Origin: a virus
Strand: one strand, 5' to 3'
Virus record (IMG/VR): IMGVR_UViG_3300045988_168611
Location: 32,001-96,000 of that record
Length of the DNA: 64,000 nucleotides
This document shows, one piece after another, positions 9,608 through 18,798 of the stretch. The notes beneath the pieces are model-generated. The model was given only the letters and a program-made list of their open reading frames with translations. It had not been told where the DNA came from and did not search any database. Position numbers and translations under genes: made by a program. Each line of letters opens with the position of its first letter. The stretch's first letter is position 1.

Positions 9608-12600
9608 ATGCAAACGCGCAATGCCGGACTCCGGCGTTACATGTACGAGCACATGATCGCTCGTACGATCAATCGAACCTCAGAATTGACCAAGACTCCC
9701 ATTCTTGTGTCGCAAGGTCGACGCCTGAGGGATCTCATGGAAGAGCGTCTCAACGAACAAGGCCGTTCTTTCAACGATGGTGATCTCCCTGTTGCTGATG
9801 CGTTGAACGCTATTCAAAGCGTCATGCAGGAGAACGTTCCCGGTTACAAAGACTTGTTCCAACCTGCCGATACGTCGAGCAAGGGTTACAAGGCCCTGTA
9901 TGAAGAGTTCAGGAACATGGTCGGTCTGAATGGCTCTGCTGGAGCTGCTGGTCCTCGTCTGCCGATCTCTCCGTATGATCCTCGGTGGGGGAGCCGTCGC
10001 ACTGTGAAGCAGGCGGGAACGTCTATCCTGTACGTTCTTGATGGTGACATCGCTGCGTATGCAGACGGTAAGCCGAGCAATGTTGAGAAGGTGACGACCT
10101 CGGAGCTCACTCTGTACCGCCTGACTGACGAAGGGAAGGCCAAAGAAGCAGGCCGCGCGTTGAGCCTTGATGATGTCTCGGGTCTCACCGAGCTCATGGG
10201 TCGTATGTCGACGGCTGAGTACAACGAGGTTCGTCAGTGGGTGCTGGACGGTGCTCGCAACCCTGAAACGGGGCGTTACAACGCCCGTCAGTTCATGAGC
10301 ACTGAGGCATTGGCTCGTTCCCGAGCTGTGCTCGATATGCTGGCGGAAGAGGGAATTCCGTACACGATCGAGAAGGATCTGCGTCCTGGCCAGATTCGTG
10401 CGCGTTTGACGGGCACGAATATGACAGTGCGCCTGACTGATACTCGCGACAAGGAGCAGTGGGTGGGCCGTGTTTACGACAACGGTGCGACTTTGTACTT
10501 CTCCACGACGGCTCGTCGAGACAACAAGCAGGTGGCGTATGTGCCAACTGTTGACGAGGTGTGCGACCTCGTGCGCGTTGCGTTGGGTCGACCGGTGGAG
10601 CGTAAGGACGGCAAGGGCCTCGTGGGCCGAGTGGGCGAGCGTCAGACCAGCAAGGGTAAGACGGTTCAGGAGTCGTATCTCTCCACTGGAACACTGACGA
10701 GTGCGTACAAAGACATGCCCGGTATGAACAGTGAGCAGATCGTGATTCGTCGTCAGATGAAGGAGCGTTCTGCGTCGTCCCGGTTCTTTGCTGATACACC
10801 AGAGGGCCGTGAGCAAGCGTCGGCATTCATCTCTGATGCAGTTCACAGCGCTCGCCACAACGTGGCTGAGCAGCTGGATGTCGATGGTCTGATCCAGCAG
10901 TTCCGCGATCACGAGGATGCTGCCCGTGAGGGCGCGTACATCCCTATGTTGTCTGGTGATCCTGATCTGGCGGCAGTTGGCCGTGCGTACTGGGATGTGC
11001 TTCGTGGTGCTGAGACGACGCTACTGAAGCCCGAGGCTACTCGTGCTGAATACGCTGAAGCGACGGGTCTGCTTGACGACATGGATCAAGAGAGCGATCT
11101 GTCGGGTGTTCACGACATGTTGGTTGGTTCCGTGGCGTACACGGGTACCCCGGAAGAGCGCGTTCGCGCTCATCTTCGGGATCTTCTCGATACCCAGATC
11201 GGTATCGATGAGCCTATCGACTCTGATGACTTCGTGTTCGATCCGGTGCGCGTTGCTCGTTACATGGCGAGTGAGCACGGCCAGTGGCGCAATAATGATG
11301 ATCTCGTGGCAGCTATGCGCAGTGCAGGTGTGCCCCAGGAGAAGATCGTCGGGGAGTCGTTCTACTCCAACACGTTCCGCGATCGACTGATCACTTTCGA
11401 TGAGTCCACGGCGTTGCCGATGGATGTCGTGGAGGATACCTTTACTCAGTCGATGCTCCAGGTCGTGTCGGATACGCTGGAGTCCTGCGCTGTGACGCCC
11501 GGTTCTATCCGCGTCGACGCCAACGGTGTTGTGGAGTGGACTGGCTCGATCATGCGCTCGCAGACAGGTAAGGAAGAGCCCGTGAGCGGTACGATCGGAC
11601 AGATCTTTGCTCGCGGCGAGAACGGTGAGATCATCACCCGGTTCAATTCCGGTAACGATCTGATGATCGTGCCTGGTTTTGATGCCCGTGTGGTGGCACA
11701 GAAGCCTGGGGAGAACAAGTCCCTCGAAGAGCGCACCCGGCTGATCGGTTACGAACAGCAGATGAGTGACGCGATTCGATACCGAGTTCAGGCTGATGTG
11801 CTCTCAGGTCGTTCCCGTGTGGGCGAGCCTGCCTCGCTGAACAGCGTGTACCGTCGTTTGTCGGATACGCGCCATCGCGCGGATCACTACGAGCGCGCTC
11901 TCGAAGAAGGCATGGATCGGAAGATCCTTGATGCCATTCTTGCTACCGAAGCGCGTCGTGTGCGTTACCCGAACGCTTTGCGTGATGGGTCGACGATCGA
12001 CGCTGACTTCCGTGCATCTCGTGCTCGGGAACAGGGTATTGGTGGCGATCCGGCCAACGACACGACCATGGATCCGTGGGTGTTGACCGGCGGTCGCAAT
12101 ATGTCGTTGCTCAGCGAAGAAGCCGATGGCTACTTCGATCCGATCATGACATCGGGCGGTGTGAACCAGGGTGTCACCCGTTACCTCGTGTCCGGTGCGC
12201 AGGTGAACCCTGATGGTTCGATCGTGCGTTCTGATAAGAACGATCGTGCGCCGCTGATGTTGACTGAGCAGGCTCAGCTGATGAGCTACGACCCGTTCGA
12301 TCGTCAGCAGATGACGACCTCCAATCTCATGAACGCATCGTCTGTGACGAAGCCTGTGGGTACGGCGTTCATGACTGCCGGTGGTTGGACGATGGAGGAC
12401 TCCATCGTTGTGTCTGCTGACTTCGCTCGTCAATACCGTGTTCGTGGCACTGATGGTCAGATGCGTGATCTGATCGTTGGCGACAAGATCTCTGACATGC
12501 ACGGCAACAAGGGTGTTATCTCGCTCATTGTTGACCGTGACGCGGATCTGTCTCCTGATGAGATCGAAGAGCTTCATGGGTCGACCGATATGATGACGCT

Positions 12601-15058
12601 CTTCCGGGAGAATCCGGGTCTGGATGTCGTCATGGCACCGTTCAGCGCTGTGTCTCGTTTCAACGGTGGTTCTGCCCGTGAGGCAATGCAGGAGACTGCG
12701 CCGCTTCGTTTGCCCAACGGTACGACCGTTGAGGCCGGTATGGGTAAGGTGTCGTTCATCGGTACCCATATGACGGTGGATGCAAAGACAGCCGCATACG
12801 ATGAAGCTGCGATCCGGGCTGGCCAGGGCCGTAAGGCGTCGTCTCAGCTTGCGTGGGCGTTGCAGTCCCAGGGCTGCGATAAGGTGCTGGAGCAGATGTA
12901 CGGTGGCAACCTACAAGCTCTTGCACAGCTGCGTGAGATGGCTCTGGTGTGCGGTTTGGACATCGAGCCTGATGGCACCTTGCGTGATGGTCATGATGAT
13001 CTTGCTGTCGGTGGGCAGCGCCGTCTCATTGAGATGGGCGATGTTCCGCTCACTGAACGTGGATCGTTCGACGTGCGTCGCGTTCGTAACGATTTCGCTT
13101 CGTTGATTGGTGACGCTGGCGGTGATATGGAGATTCCGTTCCCGCTGACGATGCCAACGGGTGCTCGTACGCCTCATGCGACTGATACGACGTGGCGTGT
13201 GCCGGTGCTGAGCTCGCATCTGCGATCGGGCCAGGATCTTGACGACGGTACGTCGACGGTCCATGACTACACGTATCGCTACCTTGCGATCCGTGAATGG
13301 TCGCTGCGCTACAAGCATGCTGCTGATCGAGCTGCGTCTGGTGAGCTGACTGGCAAGGAGCTTTCTGATGCTCGTCGAACGATGGCTGAGGCGATGCATC
13401 GCGCTCAGACTGCGTACGATGGCATTGCACAGGACATCATGCGTCGCCGGTTCACCGGCAAGCGCAATGTCTTCAAGGAAGGTCTCATGGCTTCGCGTCT
13501 GCCGCACTCGGCCACTGCTGTGTGGACGGGTGATCCTCGTCTGGACATCGACCAGGTCGGTGTTGGCCCGGAGCTGGCGAAGAAACTGCATCTGCGTGAC
13601 GGTGATTACGCGCTTGTGTGGCGTGACCCCGTTCTTCGTGATGCGGGTGTGCGTTACATGCGCGTGAGCCTTGACGATCGTCTCACTGGTGTGAGTGTCA
13701 ATCCCAATATGGTCAAGTGCTTCGACGGCGATTTCGATGGTGACTCTGTTGCCGTCGTGAAGCTGGGTGATGGTCCGGCACATGAGCAAGCGCTGGAGCG
13801 CCTGACTGTCGAGGCTAACCTCATTGATCTGGGTCAGAGCATGGATGACGAGGGTCGTTACCCTCTTGCGATGCACAACGCGCTCGATGTGAAGGTGTCG
13901 CAGCACTACGATTCTCGTCATGCGGATGCGATGGATGAGGTCCACCAGCGTGCGAACGACGCCTACTATGATCTCGTGGAAGGGGAGGCTAATCGCGAGC
14001 AGTTCCTGGACGAGGGTCGTGATGTCGTGGATGCAGCGTCCTACATGTACCGTGAGGCGCTCAAGCATCAGTACGGTGAGGCTGTGTTGTCGTTTGGTTC
14101 CGTTCAGGAGCACATGAAGTCTGTGGAGGCTGCGTGTATTGAGACGGGAGCTAAAGGCTCGCCTAAGAAGATGCTGGATTATGCTCGATACATCGGGTAT
14201 GACCCGGAGAACCAGGTGGATCTGGTGACCACGCGCGTGACGCGCGAGGAACAGCTGGGTACCATGTATGCAACGGCTGTGAAGTCGTTTGGTACCGGTG
14301 TTGCCGGTACGTTCTCTCAGCGCGGCGTGCGAGCTCTTCGTAACGACGAGCTCAAGGCTGTGTTGGAGCTGACGTACCCGGTGACGCAGAGTATTCTGCA
14401 AGCCAAGCACGATCCGGTGGATGCTCGTCACCGGTATGAGCTGCTGATGGGTCCGGCTCGAAGCTTGTGGCGTGGTCAGGCGATTGCACAGGATGGCAAC
14501 GGTGTGTGGAACACTGTGACGGACGACGATCGTAAGCCGGTTCAGGCCACCAAGGATCAGTGGGTTGCCATGTTCTCGCAGTTCTACGGCGATGCAGGTC
14601 TGGGTGTGGCTGTGAACAGCGACAACATCACGAAGGTTGCAAATGCGCTCAGCGATAGCAACGGAGTGATGGTGAACCTGGAAGATGAGAAGGTCATTGA
14701 GCAGCTTGCTTCTCCGATGGATCGTCTGGCTTACGGCGGTGACTTCACCACGATGCAAGCGTTGGCTGAGGCTCACGCTAACCTGTTCGAGGGTCAGTGG
14801 AACGCCAAGTTTGCGCCAGCTCGTGTGCGTGAGGTGATGGAGGCCGATGTGGAGACGCAGGCCGAGGCACCGGTGATCGCCATGGAAGACACAGTGGCTC
14901 GTGTGGATCGTGATGAGAAGATCGGTCGACGTAAGTCGACATCGTGGGCTGTTCCGGTGCGTTCGCATACGGGTACCAGTGCAGCTGAGCGTTACGGTCT
15001 GACGGCACAGGTGGACAATGAGGCAGATGTGTCTGTCGACGACGGTTTCGAGTTGTGA
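9608..15058 (+). CDS. Single-polypeptide RNA polymerase with fused beta-like and beta-prime-like double-psi beta-barrel modules
   Basis: ATG at 9608 lies 9 nt after GGAAGGAG. Beta motifs: MEDSIVVSADFARQYRV, GDKISDMHGNKGVISLIV (nt 12478-12530), LDVVMAPFSAVSRFNGG. Beta-prime motifs: RRRFTGKRNVF, GDPRLDIDQVGVGPELAKKL, VWRDPVLRDAGVRYMRV, catalytic CFDGDFDGDSVAVV (DFDGD at nt 13730-13744), GAKGSPKKM and the bridge-helix-like ATAVKSFGTGVAGTFSQRG. Confidence 0.85.
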   Translation: MQTRNAGLRRYMYEHMIARTINRTSELTKTPILVSQGRRLRDLMEERLNEQGRSFNDGDLPVADALNAIQSVMQENVPGYKDLFQPADTSSKGYKALYEEFRNMVGLNGSAGAAGPRLPISPYDPRWGSRRTVKQAGTSILYVLDGDIAAYADGKPSNVEKVTTSELTLYRLTDEGKAKEAGRALSLDDVSGLTELMGRMSTAEYNEVRQWVLDGARNPETGRYNARQFMSTEALARSRAVLDMLAEEGIPYTIEKDLRPGQIRARLTGTNMTVRLTDTRDKEQWVGRVYDNGATLYFSTTARRDNKQVAYVPTVDEVCDLVRVALGRPVERKDGKGLVGRVGERQTSKGKTVQESYLSTGTLTSAYKDMPGMNSEQIVIRRQMKERSASSRFFADTPEGREQASAFISDAVHSARHNVAEQLDVDGLIQQFRDHEDAAREGAYIPMLSGDPDLAAVGRAYWDVLRGAETTLLKPEATRAEYAEATGLLDDMDQESDLSGVHDMLVGSVAYTGTPEERVRAHLRDLLDTQIGIDEPIDSDDFVFDPVRVARYMASEHGQWRNNDDLVAAMRSAGVPQEKIVGESFYSNTFRDRLITFDESTALPMDVVEDTFTQSMLQVVSDTLESCAVTPGSIRVDANGVVEWTGSIMRSQTGKEEPVSGTIGQIFARGENGEIITRFNSGNDLMIVPGFDARVVAQKPGENKSLEERTRLIGYEQQMSDAIRYRVQADVLSGRSRVGEPASLNSVYRRLSDTRHRADHYERALEEGMDRKILDAILATEARRVRYPNALRDGSTIDADFRASRAREQGIGGDPANDTTMDPWVLTGGRNMSLLSEEADGYFDPIMTSGGVNQGVTRYLVSGAQVNPDGSIVRSDKNDRAPLMLTEQAQLMSYDPFDRQQMTTSNLMNASSVTKPVGTAFMTAGGWTMEDSIVVSADFARQYRVRGTDGQMRDLIVGDKISDMHGNKGVISLIVDRDADLSPDEIEELHGSTDMMTLFRENPGLDVVMAPFSAVSRFNGGSAREAMQETAPLRLPNGTTVEAGMGKVSFIGTHMTVDAKTAAYDEAAIRAGQGRKASSQLAWALQSQGCDKVLEQMYGGNLQALAQLREMALVCGLDIEPDGTLRDGHDDLAVGGQRRLIEMGDVPLTERGSFDVRRVRNDFASLIGDAGGDMEIPFPLTMPTGARTPHATDTTWRVPVLSSHLRSGQDLDDGTSTVHDYTYRYLAIREWSLRYKHAADRAASGELTGKELSDARRTMAEAMHRAQTAYDGIAQDIMRRRFTGKRNVFKEGLMASRLPHSATAVWTGDPRLDIDQVGVGPELAKKLHLRDGDYALVWRDPVLRDAGVRYMRVSLDDRLTGVSVNPNMVKCFDGDFDGDSVAVVKLGDGPAHEQALERLTVEANLIDLGQSMDDEGRYPLAMHNALDVKVSQHYDSRHADAMDEVHQRANDAYYDLVEGEANREQFLDEGRDVVDAASYMYREALKHQYGEAVLSFGSVQEHMKSVEAACIETGAKGSPKKMLDYARYIGYDPENQVDLVTTRVTREEQLGTMYATAVKSFGTGVAGTFSQRGVRALRNDELKAVLELTYPVTQSILQAKHDPVDARHRYELLMGPARSLWRGQAIAQDGNGVWNTVTDDDRKPVQATKDQWVAMFSQFYGDAGLGVAVNSDNITKVANALSDSNGVMVNLEDEKVIEQLASPMDRLAYGGDFTTMQALAEAHANLFEGQWNAKFAPARVREVMEADVETQAEAPVIAMEDTVARVDRDEKIGRRKSTSWAVPVRSHTGTSAAERYGLTAQVDNEADVSVDDGFEL

Positions 15059-15089
15059 TCATCATGTGATCATGCGCTGAAGCTATGAA

Positions 15090-15130
15090 GAAGCAGGTCT
15101 CGCCTTTAGGTGGGGCCTGCTTCTTTGTAT
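15090..15130 (+). terminator. Rho-independent terminator/attenuator after the RNAP gene
   Basis: GAAGCAGGTCTC pairs with GGGGCCTGCTTC (two G-U pairs that work only on the + strand) and is followed by TTTGTATT. Confidence 0.7.
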
Positions 15131-15213
15131 TAGTGGAGGCTGGCTTGTGTCGTAATCGTTGCAATAGTGCGATATACTGGTATACGAGTCGAATGCAACT
15201 AAACGAAAGGAAG

Positions 15214-16566
15214 ATGGTCATGTCGACGATATGGTACGAGGGTCCAGCTGATGGCAACATTCAGAGGCGTTACGGTCTTGATTCTCATGAGTGGGTGGGA
15301 TCGCTGTCCGATAGGGTGGCGACAATCATTGACAAGGATGATCCTTGGAAGGAAACGCATGTGAATGCGCTTCTGCGTGATGGTGTGGAATTCTTTGCGC
15401 AGAAGTCTCAGGATCATCCAGAATTGGGTGATGATGACCAGATGCGTGATGCTGTCTCGTATGTGGCACACAGCGGTGTTCTCATCGATGATGAGACTCT
15501 GTTGGCTCTTATAGAAGCGGATGACAAGTATGTTGTTCCGTTTGGTGCAGAGTCGCTTATGTATGAATACAACAAGATGCATCAGCCTGATTACGGACGG
15601 CTGTATCAGCGTGAGCGTGATGCTGCACAGTTGCCGTACGCGGAGGCAACAGATGAAGAGATCAAGCAGTACTATGGCCTTGATCCACATGAGTGGAAGG
15701 GGAGCCTTGCCGATAAGGTGATGGCGATCGTCAACAAGAATACGCCTGACAAGGAAACGCATGTGAATGCGCTCTTGCGCGATGGCGCACGTCTGTTCGC
15801 TCAGAATATGGAAGCTCAACCGGTATCGGGTGTGAGTGACGATGATTTGCGTTACGCGGTGGAATCTGGTGGCGATGAGCTGCGTGCTGCCATCTCTGAC
15901 GCATCATGGGCTGGTGTCCTCATCAACGATGAGGCGATGGAAGCTATCAAGCATGTGGAGAAGGAGTACATCACCGAGTTTGGTGGAGATTCTCTCACAC
16001 GTGCGTACGATCAGATGCGCAAGTTGAACGATGCGCGCGCTCATTACCGCGAGGCTGCGAAGGAGATGCGCACGGCTGCCCCTGTTGCTCCGGCTCCGAC
16101 AACCCCGAGTTTTGATCGGTTCGCTCCGCCTCAGGGTGCGCGTGTGACGACGGTTCCGCCGCCTGTGCGTACTGTTGGGTCTGCTCGATCTGCCCGCTCT
16201 GTACAGCCTGTGCAGTCTGTGCCGCCTATTCCTCAGCCCCCGAAGACGCCGGGATCTCAGGTTCGTACAGGTGGTCCTGTGCGAGTGGGTAATGTCGCCA
16301 AAGATTGGCTCGCGTCGATGGGTCGTGACGAGAAGGGTCATCCTCTTGCGTCTGCGCCTGCACCGTCTGCACAGTCCCCTGCATCGTCTGGGCCTAAGAT
16401 TCCGGCTCAGCGATCGGGTTCGATTCAGGCTGCGCTCCCTGGCAGTGGTGTCACCGTGGGTCGATCGACGCCGCGTGTGCCACCTACTGCTGGTACAGCT
16501 CGTCGTATGAGTGCTCCTGAGCCCCAGGTGCAGACCCCAAGCGTTGATGACGGCTTCGAGCTGTAA
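15214..16566 (+). CDS. Hypothetical protein: tandem duplicated about 110-aa domain, P/A/S-rich linker and VDDGFEL tail
   Basis: ATG at 15214 (or 15220) follows GAAAGGAAG; the track start at 15085 lies inside the terminator. Repeat 1 is nt 15271-15579 (YGLDSHEWVGSLSDRV...KETHVNALLRDG...). Repeat 2 is nt 15673-16017 (YGLDPHEWKGSLADKV...KETHVNALLRDG...). An about 170-aa proline-rich tract follows, ending PSVDDGFEL. Confidence 0.75.
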   Translation: MVMSTIWYEGPADGNIQRRYGLDSHEWVGSLSDRVATIIDKDDPWKETHVNALLRDGVEFFAQKSQDHPELGDDDQMRDAVSYVAHSGVLIDDETLLALIEADDKYVVPFGAESLMYEYNKMHQPDYGRLYQRERDAAQLPYAEATDEEIKQYYGLDPHEWKGSLADKVMAIVNKNTPDKETHVNALLRDGARLFAQNMEAQPVSGVSDDDLRYAVESGGDELRAAISDASWAGVLINDEAMEAIKHVEKEYITEFGGDSLTRAYDQMRKLNDARAHYREAAKEMRTAAPVAPAPTTPSFDRFAPPQGARVTTVPPPVRTVGSARSARSVQPVQSVPPIPQPPKTPGSQVRTGGPVRVGNVAKDWLASMGRDEKGHPLASAPAPSAQSPASSGPKIPAQRSGSIQAALPGSGVTVGRSTPRVPPTAGTARRMSAPEPQVQTPSVDDGFEL

Positions 16567-16608
16567 CGCGCCTTCGAAGAGATTGAAAGCAATAGAAAGG
16601 AGGAAAAG

Positions 16609-18282
16609 ATGGTTCGCCCACCTCGTCAACTTCCAGCACCTCGGTACGGGGGTGACGTTGGTCCGCAGAAGGATCAAGACGAAACTGCGACGATGGTTGT
16701 TACCAAGGAGCAGATTTTCGATGAGAAGCCTGAACCTGCCGAGCCTACCCAGGCAGTAGAGCCAAAGCCTGCGCTTGATTGGGCGCAACAGCTGAGGCTT
16801 GATATGCGCTACCACGCTGATGGGTATCTTCATGCTCTCAGCCAGATCGATATGAAGTCGATGAAGCGAAAGGCTGACATCGCTTCTCGCATGAACGATC
16901 TTCAGGGTAAGCACAAAGCGTATGCCTCGATGATGGTTCTCAGCGCTCTCATTCCACTGAAAGACGGTGTGTCGATGTCGGCTGTGGCCGAATCTGTTGG
17001 CATGGGCGTCACGATGTGGATGCTGTCGCCTAACTTCCGTCAACAGGTGAAGTCGTTTGCTCGCGATGCTCGTATGGCTGTCGAAGACATGGCAGAGGCT
17101 CGTCGACGCAGTCAGTCGAAACAGTTGCATGATCAGGCCGATCGACATCGGCAGAAGCATGGTGGTGAACTACCGCCATCTCTGAAGCGTCGTCTGGAGC
17201 GTATTGAAGCCAAGGAGCGTAATGGTCGCATCCCGTTTAATGAAGCGAGTGCGGCGTTGACACATCTCGGTTTGAGCGAAGCGATGTTCAACCAGATGCG
17301 TCAACCTGGTGTGGATCCTGCTGGGGTCCAAGAGGGCTATGCACACCTGATGGAGCGTTTCTGGGACGATGTTCAGAAGGACGGCCTGGACCCTGAACGA
17401 GTGAACACCGTCAGCCGCATGCTTATGGGTCAACGGATGCGTTATGAGCCTCATTGGGCGAATGCGTTCGTTGAGACGGCTCATGGTGAAGTCGACATGG
17501 ACATGGTGGAGCAAGTGGATGCTCAGACGGGTGAACCGCGTCGAACGTGGACCGGTATCTGGTCCACGCGCATGGGCGAGCCCATCGTGGGCGGTTCTTT
17601 CACTGTCCGTCCTCCGTACAACGAGATGCAGCATGAGTTGTCTCTGAGTACGTGCATGGCTCGTGAGATGGAGCGTGCAGCGCTGAATGGCAACATTGCG
17701 GATTTGAACGAATCGCTGCTTGCCTATGGTTCTGCCTGGTCTGTTCGGGACAAGAACCTGGATGTGCACAGCGTTCCTGGTGCGATGGGTGAGAAGATTC
17801 GTCGAGCTCGTCGTGGTCTCGATGCCATGGAATTCGATGGTTTCGATCGAGATGCGCAGCGAGACATCTATGCGACATCGTTCGTTCACGCCATGGACAT
17901 GGTGGCGAAGGCTCACCCGGACATCGAACGTCACTGGGCGCAGCAGTATGGGTCTCAGTGGCGATCAGAAATGCGAGACTTCGCAGCGACGCCTGAAGAG
18001 ACCTACAACCGGTGGCAACGGGGGGAGTTTTATTCTGATGCACGTGAATCTCCAGGGCATGACAACGCCCATGCGGATCCCCACACGGAGCGTATGAGGG
18101 AAGACTCAAGGCGCAGGCGCAGCGCGTACAACCGCGCGCGTGACAACCAGGAGTACAACGCTCATGAGACATCAGCGTTTAGCGCTGATACTGATTTCGA
18201 ACTCAACGATGTCGACGACGGGTTTGACATGGGTGGGTACGATCGACCTAATGACAATGATGGCTTTGAGCCGTCTCTATGA
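16609..18282 (+). CDS. Hypothetical protein with acidic DDGF-repeat C-terminus
   Basis: RGS GAAAGGAGGAAAAG precedes the ATG. I recognised no family. The C-terminus is DTDFELNDVDDGFDMGGYDRPNDNDGFEPSL. Confidence 0.7.
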   Translation: MVRPPRQLPAPRYGGDVGPQKDQDETATMVVTKEQIFDEKPEPAEPTQAVEPKPALDWAQQLRLDMRYHADGYLHALSQIDMKSMKRKADIASRMNDLQGKHKAYASMMVLSALIPLKDGVSMSAVAESVGMGVTMWMLSPNFRQQVKSFARDARMAVEDMAEARRRSQSKQLHDQADRHRQKHGGELPPSLKRRLERIEAKERNGRIPFNEASAALTHLGLSEAMFNQMRQPGVDPAGVQEGYAHLMERFWDDVQKDGLDPERVNTVSRMLMGQRMRYEPHWANAFVETAHGEVDMDMVEQVDAQTGEPRRTWTGIWSTRMGEPIVGGSFTVRPPYNEMQHELSLSTCMAREMERAALNGNIADLNESLLAYGSAWSVRDKNLDVHSVPGAMGEKIRRARRGLDAMEFDGFDRDAQRDIYATSFVHAMDMVAKAHPDIERHWAQQYGSQWRSEMRDFAATPEETYNRWQRGEFYSDARESPGHDNAHADPHTERMREDSRRRRSAYNRARDNQEYNAHETSAFSADTDFELNDVDDGFDMGGYDRPNDNDGFEPSL

Positions 18283-18299
18283 AAGGAGTTGAGTGATCA

Positions 18300-18626
18300 A
18301 TGTTGGGTTTTCCAAAGGATGACGATACGATCGCCGGTCTGTTCGGTGTCAGCGAAGAGGATCGTCACGCATGGGCTAAGGAGCACCAGATGAGGTTGGA
18401 GCGTCAGCAGGCGCAAAAGCCGGGTCTGGCGAAGAAGGCAACGATGGCCGCCTACGAAATCGCTGCTGCGGGTATTACCTCGCAGATGCGTGCGGCGTAC
18501 ATCGAAGAGGCTCGTGGCACGATGGCGAAAGAGACGACTACGACGACTCGTAGTCAGTCTCGAAACATCGATCCTGAATTCGAAGAGATCCGTCGCGAGA
18601 GTGGTGGCTACGAATTCGGTGGCTGA
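18300..18626 (+). CDS. Small hypothetical protein (108 aa)
   Basis: It starts 18 nt after the previous stop, preceded by AAAGGAG. It ends ...RRESGGYEFGG, and a strong terminator follows. Confidence 0.55.
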   Translation: MLGFPKDDDTIAGLFGVSEEDRHAWAKEHQMRLERQQAQKPGLAKKATMAAYEIAAAGITSQMRAAYIEEARGTMAKETTTTTRSQSRNIDPEFEEIRRESGGYEFGG

Positions 18627-18648
18627 TGTGTCGTTGTGGCGCTGGCTG

Positions 18649-18686
18649 ATATATCCCCAGGGGTTCATCCCCTGGGGATATATTTA
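18649..18686 (+). terminator. Rho-independent terminator ending the RNAP operon
   Basis: A perfect 13-bp stem, ATATCCCCAGGGG / CCCCTGGGGATAT, with loop TTCAT and followed by ATTTAT. Confidence 0.75.
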
Positions 18687-18798
18687 TGTATCGGTCGGTT
18701 AGGCATCGGTGTGTTCCGATATGTTAGACTGATATACGAACATAATCAGAAAGCGGCTATGTGCCGTGACACGTAGGGAAAGGATGAGAGGTTGGATC

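Noticed and set aside
9680-14968. Long antisense ORFs inside the RNAP gene (9680-10912, 11804-12769, 12911-14968).
   Set aside because: The + strand frame carries unmistakable RpoB/RpoC motifs. The antisense translations are Arg/His/Thr-rich with no motifs or RBSs.
15085-15213. The ORF-track start (ATG 15085) for the gene after the RNAP.
   Set aside because: The first 43 codons run through the terminator hairpin (15090-15130) and a promoter-like region. A good RBS precedes the ATG at 15214/15220.
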